A stretch of DNA of 64,000 nt, taken from NCBI GenBank assembly GCA_965116025.1, contig OZ220480.1, forward strand, positions 928,001 to 992,000. Direction: 5' to 3'. The notes beneath the pieces were generated by a model. It was not told the origin of the DNA. It made no database searches and was given only the letters and a program-made list of their open reading frames with translations. The stretch comes from an uncultured candidatus Porisulfidus sp. GTDB taxonomy: Bacteria > Pseudomonadota > Gammaproteobacteria > Poriferisulfidales > Poriferisulfidaceae. Both the position numbers and the translations under genes were made by a program. Below are positions 32,836-41,626 of the stretch, one piece after another (position 1 is the stretch's first letter; each line of letters starts with the position of its first letter).

Positions 32836-33679
32836 AAACCTGAGAATGACCCTGCCGGACGGGCGGGCGCTGGCCTACGCGGAATATGGGGCGCCCAATG
32901 GTGGCGCGGTTTTAGGATTGCATGGCACGCCGGGGACCCGGCACATCTTTTCGCTGGCTGACGCTTCGGCTCGCGAGCATGGGTTGCGCTTGATCGCCGC
33001 GGACCGGGCGGGAATCGGGGACTCGGAGGATCGCCCAGAGCACAGCGTCGCCGGGCATGCCGAGGATGCCGTGGCGTTGATGGATCGCCTTGAAGCGAAG
33101 AAGTTCGCGGTTCTGGGTTTTTCTGGCGGAGGACCTTACGCGGTGGAGGTCGCGCGGCGGGCGGGGCGCAGGATTCTGGCGGTGACGCTGGTTAGCGCGC
33201 ACGCGCTCGACGTGCCGCCTGGCCCGGCGCACCAAGCCTTGATGAGGCTGGCCAGCGCCAGCGTTCCGACAGCCCGATTGGCGTTCATGGCGATCGCGCT
33301 TCCCGCGGTTGCCGTACCGGTTCTCGTACGCTTGCTGGTGGCTTCCGGGCTCACTCGGCGTGATCGAAAGATCATGAGGAATCGGGAGATTCGTCGTTGC
33401 CTGACGAAGGGAATCGCCGGAGTCCTTCGGGGTGGGCGAGCGACCGCTTGGGAAGCGAGGAATTTTTATCGCGAGCGGCCTCCCGCGTCAATCGCGCTGG
33501 ACGCGCCAGCGCGGATCTGGCACGGGACGAAGGATCGGATCATTCACCCGGAGGCGGCGCGTCGCTATTCGCGCATGTTGCTGGGCGCATCTCTGAACAT
33601 GATTCCGGGCGGCGGTCACCTGTGGGGCTTGGCGGCCTACGATCAGGTGCTCAAGGCTTTGGCGGAAGACATGCGGTGA
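32828..33679 (+). CDS. Alpha/beta hydrolase
   Basis: LPDGR.LAY.EYG, HGTPG, GFSGGG, WHG..D, GGGH. Confidence 0.88.
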   Translation: MNENLRMTLPDGRALAYAEYGAPNGGAVLGLHGTPGTRHIFSLADASAREHGLRLIAADRAGIGDSEDRPEHSVAGHAEDAVALMDRLEAKKFAVLGFSGGGPYAVEVARRAGRRILAVTLVSAHALDVPPGPAHQALMRLASASVPTARLAFMAIALPAVAVPVLVRLLVASGLTRRDRKIMRNREIRRCLTKGIAGVLRGGRATAWEARNFYRERPPASIALDAPARIWHGTKDRIIHPEAARRYSRMLLGASLNMIPGGGHLWGLAAYDQVLKALAEDMR

Positions 33680-33806
33680 TGACGATGGCGCGATTTTTGG
33701 CAGAACGTTCAGATGGTCGCGCGGGAACGCGCTTGGAGTTTGGAAAGCTAGGCTATGGGAGGTTGAGGCGCAATGGCTATACTGTCCTTTGGAGGGCTTG
33801 TTTCCC

Positions 33807-34301
33807 ATGCGCCAACTGATTCTCGTTCGTCACGCCAAGTCTGATCGCGATGGCCGGATGGTTCCGGATATTGATCGTCCGCTCGCTCCGAGAGGAGAGC
33901 GAGACGCGCCAGAAATGGGGCGACGGCTGGCGGACCGTCAGGAAGGCGTTGACGCTCTGTATAGCTCGACCGCGCGCAGAGCGCTGGATACGGCGGGCCA
34001 TTTCGCCGCGGCGCTGGAAATGGATGCCGCCAAGATCCGATCGCGAGAAGGCCTCTACACCTTCTCGTCCAATGACCTGTTGCGGGAGTTGCACGAGTTG
34101 GACGACGCCGATGACCGGATCGCGGTGTTCGGCCATAACCCGGCGACCAGCGGGGTGGCCGCGTACTTGACCGGTGAAACCTTGGGAGACCTTCCGACTT
34201 GCGCCGTGGTTCGGCTGGATGTGGACTGCGGCTCTTGGCGGAACTTGGGCCCTTCGGTTTGCGCTTTGCTTGAGATCGATACGCCGAAGAATCCGGCGTG
34301 A
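33807..34301 (+). CDS. SixA-like phosphohistidine phosphatase
   Basis: LVRHAKS, D.DRPL..RG, SSTA.RA..T, FGHNP. Confidence 0.88.
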   Translation: MRQLILVRHAKSDRDGRMVPDIDRPLAPRGERDAPEMGRRLADRQEGVDALYSSTARRALDTAGHFAAALEMDAAKIRSREGLYTFSSNDLLRELHELDDADDRIAVFGHNPATSGVAAYLTGETLGDLPTCAVVRLDVDCGSWRNLGPSVCALLEIDTPKNPA

Positions 34302-34333
34302 TTGGGCGCGCGGGACGGAAAATCGATCCGGTT

Positions 34334-35284
34334 TTATGAGGAAGGCGGCATCCAGTATTTCGGATCGAGCACTCGGACTCCGGTATACAGTGGGTGGGTG
34401 AGTTGGAGCAATCTTTCCGTGTCGGTGACCGGAGCGCCGCCAACCAGAAGCAGGGCGTTCTCCCTCTCGCCCGGATAGGTGCTTTCCAGATAGTTCAGCC
34501 AGTCGACAGCGTCTTGCGCCTCGTCTTGGAAGTAGTAGGGTATCACCCCACCATGGCGCGTTCGCCAACAAACGGCCACTGATCGCCCGCCCGCATACGT
34601 GGGAAGGTCCGCTTGTGGGGTCGTAGGATTTCTGGCCTCCCATAGCGCGACTCTCTTGGAAAGCGCGCTCAGCCGCTCTCGCTCCTCCTCTCCACCCGTG
34701 CCGAGTTTCACGGCTTCGCCCCGCGACTCCGACCATACCGCCCAGCGATGCTGCAGATACGTGCGAGCCTGGATCTCGAAACGCATGGCGATGCTGGTCG
34801 TTTCGGTAAGGGGTTGCTGCAGTTTCATTATGTGATTGATTCCGCGATAGCCGGTCGACGCGGGCGAGGCGATGTAGTCCTTCATGCGGTAGAAGCTTGA
34901 CGAGGACTGGATGCGGTCGCTCAGGCTCCTGACCGTAGACAGGTTCTGACAGATGACCCTCGCGCCAATCACGTCATCCAGCCGGCCGAGGGAGAAATTG
35001 GTGTCGGGTCGTCCGATCTTCCGGCGGATGCTGTCGAGACGCTTGAGGCGAACGCTGACGGCCGCTTCGCGCGGAATCTGACACGCGTCGACTATCGCGA
35101 GAGTTGTCATCAGGCAACGCATGCGGAAAGCCCGGTAGTGCTGCAGATCGGCAACGCGCTGAGGGTTTTGCGCCGACTGGCAAAAAGCGTCACCGATCCG
35201 GTCGATAGCGCCAAGGCTCGAGAATGGGGGACGAGATTCCGGGACCGGGGAGCAATCCATAATCGTACGCGTGGCCATCACCAC
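34334..35284 (-). CDS. RelA/SpoT SYNTH-domain protein, fused CapRel-like toxSAS architecture
   Basis: RLKR.DSI.RK, DVIGARV, KDYI..P..TGYRGINH, EIQARTYLQH.WA; C-terminal A..W...LE...LLLV...L..THPLY resembles the CapRel antitoxin domain. Confidence 0.8.
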   Translation of the reverse strand: MVMATRTIMDCSPVPESRPPFSSLGAIDRIGDAFCQSAQNPQRVADLQHYRAFRMRCLMTTLAIVDACQIPREAAVSVRLKRLDSIRRKIGRPDTNFSLGRLDDVIGARVICQNLSTVRSLSDRIQSSSSFYRMKDYIASPASTGYRGINHIMKLQQPLTETTSIAMRFEIQARTYLQHRWAVWSESRGEAVKLGTGGEEERERLSALSKRVALWEARNPTTPQADLPTYAGGRSVAVCWRTRHGGVIPYYFQDEAQDAVDWLNYLESTYPGERENALLLVGGAPVTDTERLLQLTHPLYTGVRVLDPKYWMPPSS

Positions 35285-35314
35285 GGATGAGGTGGCCGAA
35301 TCTCGACGGGGCGT

Positions 35315-36142
35315 TCAAGCGCTCTCATTGACATCGACGAACGTCTGCCGAAGTCGTCGGAAGGACTCGGCGTAGGTCTCTCCTATGCACACCGCGGGGA
35401 CGATCTCAATTCCGATAGATTCGTCCATGAGGCGTTGCAGTCGCTCGTCGATATCGGCGTGGCTTTCTCCAGTGTTTTGGTGAATCTTCTCGACAATCTC
35501 CTGGCGAGTCAGTACTCCATCGCTTTTCGGATTTCGCGCTTCGTCAAGCGCATGCAATCGTCCAGTCTGGATGATCTCACGCAAGCCAAGAATAGCCATA
35601 AGCCGGTGCTGGCCATCAAGCGCATAGAATCCGGTCTCGCTATCGTCCATATCCCAGTATGTTCCAGCGGGATTCAACCCTTGAAGAGTAAGACTATCAT
35701 TCATGGCGCGCGCGTCGGTGCCCCACCGTTCATGCCGCTCATCGTGGACCCAGCACTGATACCCGGTGAGGAGGAGTGGAGGAAATTTGTGGTGCTTGCG
35801 CACTGCCAGATACGTGGCCATTTCAATCTGGCGGCGCCAGTCAGGTTGCCGGTGCCGTATCTGCTCCATGATTTCGGGATCCGCTTGGATTCGCCTGGAA
35901 CCTTCCCCTCCTTCTTGAAATATTGGCAGATTGGCCGCGAATCGGACCTTGGTGGCGACCCACTTGAGAGTGGTGGACGTAAGGTACGAAGAAACCCCAC
36001 CCATGCGGACTTGATGCGCCAAGTGATGGTTCTTCTGGACTCGGAGCTTCTCCAGCAGATGACTGAGAACTACTTGCTCTCTTCGCTGATCCTTCGTGGA
36101 ATCCAGAATCTCGGCCATGTCCTGTTGCGGGGTTGCGCTCAT
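35315..36142 (-). CDS. DGQHR-domain (DndB-related) protein, apparently N-terminal part only
   Basis: R.PD.RR...M..YL, FPPLL, ALDGQHRL, ends at FVDVNESA*. Confidence 0.85.
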   Translation of the reverse strand: MSATPQQDMAEILDSTKDQRREQVVLSHLLEKLRVQKNHHLAHQVRMGGVSSYLTSTTLKWVATKVRFAANLPIFQEGGEGSRRIQADPEIMEQIRHRQPDWRRQIEMATYLAVRKHHKFPPLLLTGYQCWVHDERHERWGTDARAMNDSLTLQGLNPAGTYWDMDDSETGFYALDGQHRLMAILGLREIIQTGRLHALDEARNPKSDGVLTRQEIVEKIHQNTGESHADIDERLQRLMDESIGIEIVPAVCIGETYAESFRRLRQTFVDVNESA

Positions 36143-36192
36143 TTTCGATTTCCCTTGATAATCGCGCCAAGTCTTCTTCGAGTCACACTGTC

Positions 36193-37361
36193 TAGTGTAG
36201 TGTACGTCAATAATATATATTTATGCTACACTTCGCCGGATTGCCGCGATCAGGAGGAGAACCGCATGCGCCGCGCCATTCCCATCGAGCTCAGCGCCGA
36301 GGAGCTCGCCGCCCTGAGCGAGACGGCTCGCTCGAGCCTCTCCAGCGTTCGCGACGCGTTTCGCGCTCGCGTCGTGCTGCTCGCCGCCGAGGGCCGGCGC
36401 ACCATCGACATCGCCGATCAACTGGACGCGAGCGCCAGCACGGTGGCGAAGTGGAGGAACCGCTTCGCCGAGCGGCGCCTGGCCGGGCTGTCCGACCGTC
36501 CTGGGCGAGGGCGCAAGCGGACCTACGGCGACGACGTGGTCAAGCGCATCGTCGAGGACACCCTGCATGACGCTCCCGAACAGGCCACGCATTGGTCGAC
36601 CCGTGGCATGGCTCAGCACGCCGGGGTGAGCCACGCCACCGTTCACAAGATCTGGCGCGCGCACGGGCTGAAGCCGCATCTGGTCCAAACGTTCAAGCTG
36701 TCCACCGACGAGCGTTTCGTCGAGAAGCTGCGCGACGTCGTCGGGCTGTATCTGGACCCGCCTGAGCATGCCTTGGTCCTGTGCGTCGACGAGAATTCGC
36801 AGATCCAGGCGCTGGATCGCGCCCAGCCCGGATTGCCGATGAAGAAGGGGCGCGCCGGAACCATGACGCACGACTACAAGCGGCACGGGACCACCACCTT
36901 GTTCGCGGCCCTGAACGCCGTGGACGGCACGGTGTTCGGGCGTTGCTACCAGCGCCATCGGCATGTCGAGTTCCTGCGCTTCCTGCGGGAGATCGACGGG
37001 CACGTCCCGAAGGAGCTGGAGGTCCACCTGATCGTGGACAACTACGCCACCCACAAGCATCGCAAGGTGAGGGAATGGTTCGCGCGGCGGCCGCGTTTCC
37101 ACGTCCACTTCACGCCGACCTCGGCGTCCTGGCTGAACCTGGTGGAGCGGTTCTTCCGGGAGCTGACGGAGCGGCGCGTGCGGCGGGGGGTGTTCCGAAG
37201 CGTGCGGGAGCTGACCCGGGCGATCCACGATTTTCTGGATCATCACAACGCCGACCCGAAGCCGTTCTCGTGGAGCAAGACGCCCGAGCAGATCCTGGAC
37301 AAGCTGGCGCCCCTCCGCGCCAAGCAAGTATAAATATCTCTAATTAGATTACACTACACTA
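36193..37361 (+). mobile_element. IS630-family insertion sequence
   Basis: Terminal IRs ctagtgtagtgta (36192-36204) and tacactacactag (37350-37362), CTAG/TA target; GC-rich inside a lower-GC island. Confidence 0.92.
36266..37333 (+). CDS. IS630 transposase
   Basis: SD caggagga; HTH, CVDE, THDYKRHGT, DNYATHK, SWLNLVERFF DDE motifs. Confidence 0.95.
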   Translation: MRRAIPIELSAEELAALSETARSSLSSVRDAFRARVVLLAAEGRRTIDIADQLDASASTVAKWRNRFAERRLAGLSDRPGRGRKRTYGDDVVKRIVEDTLHDAPEQATHWSTRGMAQHAGVSHATVHKIWRAHGLKPHLVQTFKLSTDERFVEKLRDVVGLYLDPPEHALVLCVDENSQIQALDRAQPGLPMKKGRAGTMTHDYKRHGTTTLFAALNAVDGTVFGRCYQRHRHVEFLRFLREIDGHVPKELEVHLIVDNYATHKHRKVREWFARRPRFHVHFTPTSASWLNLVERFFRELTERRVRRGVFRSVRELTRAIHDFLDHHNADPKPFSWSKTPEQILDKLAPLRAKQV

Positions 37362-37661
37362 GCATGACCGATGTCTCCGGCCATCATAGTACATCACGCT
37401 CACGCTCGTCTTTTGAATCTTGGAGTGCTGAATGCGACAGAGATTGAAGCCGACGAAAGGCTGATGGCAAAGTCGAACGATAGGAGAGTATCGTCGTGTG
37501 CTGTATGATGCGGGGAAGCTCGTTTTACGGTTGTGGGTTCATCATTTGCTAAAGTACGGAAGATGGTTCAAACTGGTCCGGGATGGATTGAAATCAATTA
37601 AGTTTACTTCCTACCCAGAGTGGTTACTATGATCACCAAAATTCGCACTTTATGACAATTA

Positions 37662-38477
37662 ATGGGCATGAATAAAAACGCAATCCGCCTTCCTCGAGGA
37701 CGAACGCAACTTGTCCAGGTGCTGTCCATGGCCGGTGACGTGATTCGCGTCGGCGATGTGGTGATTGCCCTTCAACTTGATCGCGCCGCTGCCGCCCAGC
37801 GTTTATCTCGCTGGGCTGGACAGGGATGGCTGAGACGGGTGGGCCATGGGGCTTATGTCGCCGCTTCCATTGACACCATGGGGTCGAATCGTGTCCTTGA
37901 TGACCCGTGGGTGCTCGTTCCCGCACTTTTCGCGCCAGCCTACATCGGAGGACGTACAGCCGCTGAGCATTGGAACTTGACCGAACAGATATTCAAGGAT
38001 ATTTTCGTGGTGACCGCGCAGACTGTACGCCAGAAACGTCAAGAGCGGCACGGCACGATCTTTTCGCTGAAACACATCGATGAACGGAAGATTTTTGGCA
38101 CGAAGAACATTTGGTGTCATAAAACGAGAGTGCCCGTTTCCGACGTGCACCGTACGATCATCGACATGCTCGATAACCCGGCAACCAATGGCGGCATCCA
38201 GCATGTGGTTGACTGCTTCGCGGCCTATCTGCGACGTGATGATCGGAATGACGATAAGATCGTCGAATATGCGGTGGGATTTGGCAACGGAGCCGTCTTT
38301 AAACGCCTAGGGTTTCTGGCCGAACGTTTTTCTGGCGGTGTCGAACTGGCCCGTCTTTGTGAGCGACATCTGAGCGGTGGACACGCGAAGCTCGACCCTG
38401 TCCAGGATGGACCACTCATCGTGCCGAAATGGCGGTTGCGCGTACCGGAATGCTGGGCTCGCGCGGAAATGATATGA
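37662..38477 (+). CDS. AbiEi-like (type IV TA antitoxin) transcriptional regulator
   Basis: wHTH with GWL.RV.HG.Y, YIGG.TA..HW.LTEQ, VSD..RT.IDML, KRLGFL. Confidence 0.8.
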   Translation: MGMNKNAIRLPRGRTQLVQVLSMAGDVIRVGDVVIALQLDRAAAAQRLSRWAGQGWLRRVGHGAYVAASIDTMGSNRVLDDPWVLVPALFAPAYIGGRTAAEHWNLTEQIFKDIFVVTAQTVRQKRQERHGTIFSLKHIDERKIFGTKNIWCHKTRVPVSDVHRTIIDMLDNPATNGGIQHVVDCFAAYLRRDDRNDDKIVEYAVGFGNGAVFKRLGFLAERFSGGVELARLCERHLSGGHAKLDPVQDGPLIVPKWRLRVPECWARAEMI

Positions 38478-38565
38478 ACGCTATGGAGCTGTTTCTAGAA
38501 AAATTGTTTCCGGGCGTGGTTTGGACGGTGGGCGCTCGCGATAGATTGACAGCGCGGGTGTAGTT

Positions 38566-39438
38566 GTGGCGAGTCTGTCATTGGCGTTGGCGGTCAAGGA
38601 AGAGCCGCCGCAATTCGTCCTCAAGCGTCAGGACAATCTTGAATTTATGTCGGAACTTCCGGATGGAATATTCAAACTGATCGTCACGTCTCCACCTTAT
38701 AATCTTGGCAAGCCCTACGAGAAAAAACGCCTTTCCACGGATGAATATGTCGAAAAACAGTCAGCGGTGATACGGGAATGTATTCGCCTGCTCCATGATC
38801 AGGGTTCTATTTGCTGGCAGGTGGGGAACCACGTAGAAAATGGGGAAATCGTGCCATTAGACGCTTTGCTCTATCAGGTTTTCGCTTCCCATGGATTGAG
38901 GCTTCGGAACCGTATCGTTTGGCATTTCGGGCATGGCCTCCACTGCACTAGGCGCCTTTCCGGGCGATATGAGACCATAAACTGGTGGACCAAGAGCGAC
39001 GATTACACATGGAATCTTGATCCTATTCGAGTTCCATCCAAATACCCGGGGAAGCGTTATTTCAAGGGGCCGAACATTGGTAAGTTGTCCTGCAACCCAA
39101 AGGGGAAAAACCCGAGTGATGTTTGGGAGTTTCCAAACGTGAAAAGCAATCATCCAGAAAAAACCATTCATCCATGTCAATATCCTGTCGAACTTGTGGA
39201 ACGTCTCGTTCTCTCGATGACGAACGAGGGTGATGCCGTTCTAGACCCCTATGTCGGGGTAGGTTCTTCGGCGGTCGCGGCTCTCAAGCACGGCCGCGTG
39301 GTTTATGGATGCGATGTGGTGGAAGATTACATCCGCATAGCGAACCGGAGGATTGAGGAATTATGCGCCGGCACGCTCAAGACCCGTCCCATGGGAAAGC
39401 CGATCTATGATCCATTAAAGCCGAAAGGAGGACATTGA
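38566..39438 (+). CDS. Type II N4-cytosine/N6-adenine DNA methyltransferase (beta class)
   Basis: VTSPPYN, NPSDVW, HPCQYP, VLDPY.G.GSS. Confidence 0.93.
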   Translation: MASLSLALAVKEEPPQFVLKRQDNLEFMSELPDGIFKLIVTSPPYNLGKPYEKKRLSTDEYVEKQSAVIRECIRLLHDQGSICWQVGNHVENGEIVPLDALLYQVFASHGLRLRNRIVWHFGHGLHCTRRLSGRYETINWWTKSDDYTWNLDPIRVPSKYPGKRYFKGPNIGKLSCNPKGKNPSDVWEFPNVKSNHPEKTIHPCQYPVELVERLVLSMTNEGDAVLDPYVGVGSSAVAALKHGRVVYGCDVVEDYIRIANRRIEELCAGTLKTRPMGKPIYDPLKPKGGH

Positions 39439-40049
39439 TGGAGATTGGGGCGACGTACTCGCACCTCAATGGAATGGAGTACCTGATGGTCCATCATGCC
39501 GAATTATGGGATGAGGTCTTGGAGGTGATAGCTGGCGTGGATGCTCATGCCTGCAAAAACAAGGTTTCCAAGGAGCGAACCATGAAGGGGAAAATGCTGT
39601 ATTCCCCGGGAGACATGAATAGGGCATTTCGCTTCAGATTTGGTAATGCTGGATGGAGAGAGCAACGCGATACGTTCTGGGTCACGAAGGACGAGAAAGT
39701 CGCGCGGAAGATATCCGGCCAATCACCGGAAGTGCAAAAAGCAACCATAGAAAAAGCTGGGTATGTCCCGATAATGTCATACAACCAGACAGATTTCGTG
39801 AAAGGTCGCGTCGCTGTGGAAGTGCAGTTCGGCAAATACGCTTTTGTGGCGCACGACTTGTTCGTCAAGCACATGAGTTTTTATGTCTCTGGCGTTATTG
39901 ATGTTGGAATCGAGGTATTGCCGATGAAGTCGATGGAACGTGAAATGTCCTCAGGTGTCCCTTATTACGAAAGGGATTTGATGAATGTCGTTCGCCAAGG
40001 GCGCGGGGTTCCGGCTGTTCCTTTGGTTCTCATTGGCGTTACGCCATAG
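39438..40049 (+). CDS. BglII/BstYI-family restriction endonuclease
   Basis: YSHLNG.E, KVSKE.T, LYSP, NQTDFVK.RVAVEVQFGKY; TGATG-coupled to the MTase. Confidence 0.88.
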   Translation: MEIGATYSHLNGMEYLMVHHAELWDEVLEVIAGVDAHACKNKVSKERTMKGKMLYSPGDMNRAFRFRFGNAGWREQRDTFWVTKDEKVARKISGQSPEVQKATIEKAGYVPIMSYNQTDFVKGRVAVEVQFGKYAFVAHDLFVKHMSFYVSGVIDVGIEVLPMKSMEREMSSGVPYYERDLMNVVRQGRGVPAVPLVLIGVTP

Positions 40050-40119
40050 CCAAGTATCTGACGTGGCGGCGGGTATCTTTTCAAGGCGTAGGATCGGTTG
40101 CGGGCTCCTGGATGTGTTT

Positions 40120-40128
40120 TGTTATAAT
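40120..40128 (+). promoter_or_regulatory. Extended -10 promoter upstream of dndC
   Basis: TG-t-TATAAT, 43 bp before ATG 40172. Confidence 0.6.
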
Positions 40129-40171
40129 CGTTCCATTAGAAGAGCTTCCATCTAGAAAATCCCACAAGTAA

Positions 40172-41420
40172 ATGGCCGTAGCTATTCAGGGAAGTCCCCT
40201 ACCGTCTGCCACCAAAAGTGTTTCTTTTCTGAAACACTCAGAAGGACTCGACCGAATTAAAGGGGGGGGGGGGGGGGGGGGGGCTAACCTCTAACGTTCC
40301 CTCCGACAATACTTTCGAGGGAATCAGACGAGAGATTTACGAAGAGTACACAGCGCTTCACGACAAGCCTTGGATCATCGGGTACTCTGGAGGCAAAGAC
40401 AGTACGCTTGTCGCGCACCTTGTAATTGAAACACTAATTTCCCTGCCGCGCAGTGAGAGGCGTAGGACTGTCCATGTAGTAGCAAACGATACGCTTGTCG
40501 AGAGTCCATTGGTAATGGAACATGTTCGAATCGGACTCTTGGAAATCGAAAAGGCGGCAAGGGCATTTGATTTACCTGTTGTTGTCGCCACCACAGCACC
40601 AGAACTGAATCAGACTTTTTGGGTCAACCTCATTGGTCGAGGCTACGCTTCGCCCAACCGCAATTTTCGCTGGTGTACTGATCGGATGAAGATCCAGCCA
40701 ACCAGTAAATACATTCGAAAACAGGCGGGAATCTCTGGCGAGGTGGTGCTTCTCCTTGGTGTTCGCCGGAGGGAAAGTGTCGCACGGGCTGGTATGGCGG
40801 CCAGGTATGACAATGGCGCACGATTGAACAGGCACAACGACCTTCAGGGCTGTTGGGTGTTCAGGCCAATACTTGAGTTAGGCGAGGACGATGTCTGGGG
40901 TTTCCTCGCGGAGCACAAACCACCTTGGGGGTGTAGCCATGATCGTTTGATCCGACTGTATCGAGATGCAGGTGGAGGAGAGTGTCCGGTCGTAACATCC
41001 GCGGCGGATGCGCCTTCATGTGGGACAACATCTTCACGTTTTGGATGCTGGACCTGCACCGTGGTCGAGAAGGACAAGAGTTTGGCAGGCTTTGTCGCTT
41101 CTGGATTCGACCACTTCACGCCGTTGCTTGAGTTTCGAGACTGGCTCGTAGCAATTCGCAACGATCCCAAGCGTAGGCTCGCCCGTCGCCGTAATGGTCG
41201 TGTGACGATTACCAAGAAAGGCGTGTTCGTACCCGGTCCGTTCAATTTAGCCACCCGGAAAGAAATTCTTGATCGACTACTGATGTTGCAAGAGTGCTCA
41301 GGGATGGCTTTGATACAACAGTCCGAGGTAGAGCGTATAAGGGAATTGTGGGCGGAAGACGCGGTGTCCAGTGTTGAGCGAAATGCTGAAGAGAGGCGCA
41401 CCCATATTGGGAGGGCATGA
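40172..41420 (+). CDS. dndC: DNA phosphorothioation sulfurtransferase DndC, out of frame across a G22 tract as sequenced
   Basis: Frame from 40284 gives PWIIGYSGGKDST, NDTLVE.P, RWCT..MKI.P, GVR..ES, CP...SCG..SRFGCWTC; only upstream ATG (40172) joins it if the G count is a multiple of 3. Confidence 0.88.
40262..40283 (+). repeat. Poly-G homopolymer (22 G)
   Basis: Counted 9+10+3 G between a40261 and c40284. Confidence 0.9.
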
Positions 41421-41626
41421 TGTCGAATGGTAATGTCGCGCTATTTCATAGTAAAGCAGGACGAAACCTTGTCCTTTCCAAATGCAGGGCAGAGGGACTA
41501 GATCCGAAGGTGCTTGAACGATTAGTTGCTGTAGAGATAAAGCAACAAGGAAAGCTAAAAAAGCGCGGAATAACGAGTGCTTTTGATGAAATTTTTGACA
41601 GCATAGAAGTCGAAGAGGGTGAATGA
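41417..41626 (+). CDS. Small protein associated with DNA-modification operon
   Basis: 69 aa, ATGA-coupled to dndC and dndD; RGI...FDEIFD acidic C-terminus. Confidence 0.75.
   Translation: MMSNGNVALFHSKAGRNLVLSKCRAEGLDPKVLERLVAVEIKQQGKLKKRGITSAFDEIFDSIEVEEGE

Noticed and set aside
35435-36265. N-terminal extension making a 632-aa IS630 transposase
   Set aside because: Crosses the IS left IR and is antisense to the DGQHR gene; SD and ATG lie at 36266.
39438-40049. Inferring R-M specificity from site avoidance
   Set aside because: AGATCT (e.g. 975-980) and GGATCC occur freely in the window; no avoidance visible without counting, so specificity is not assigned.
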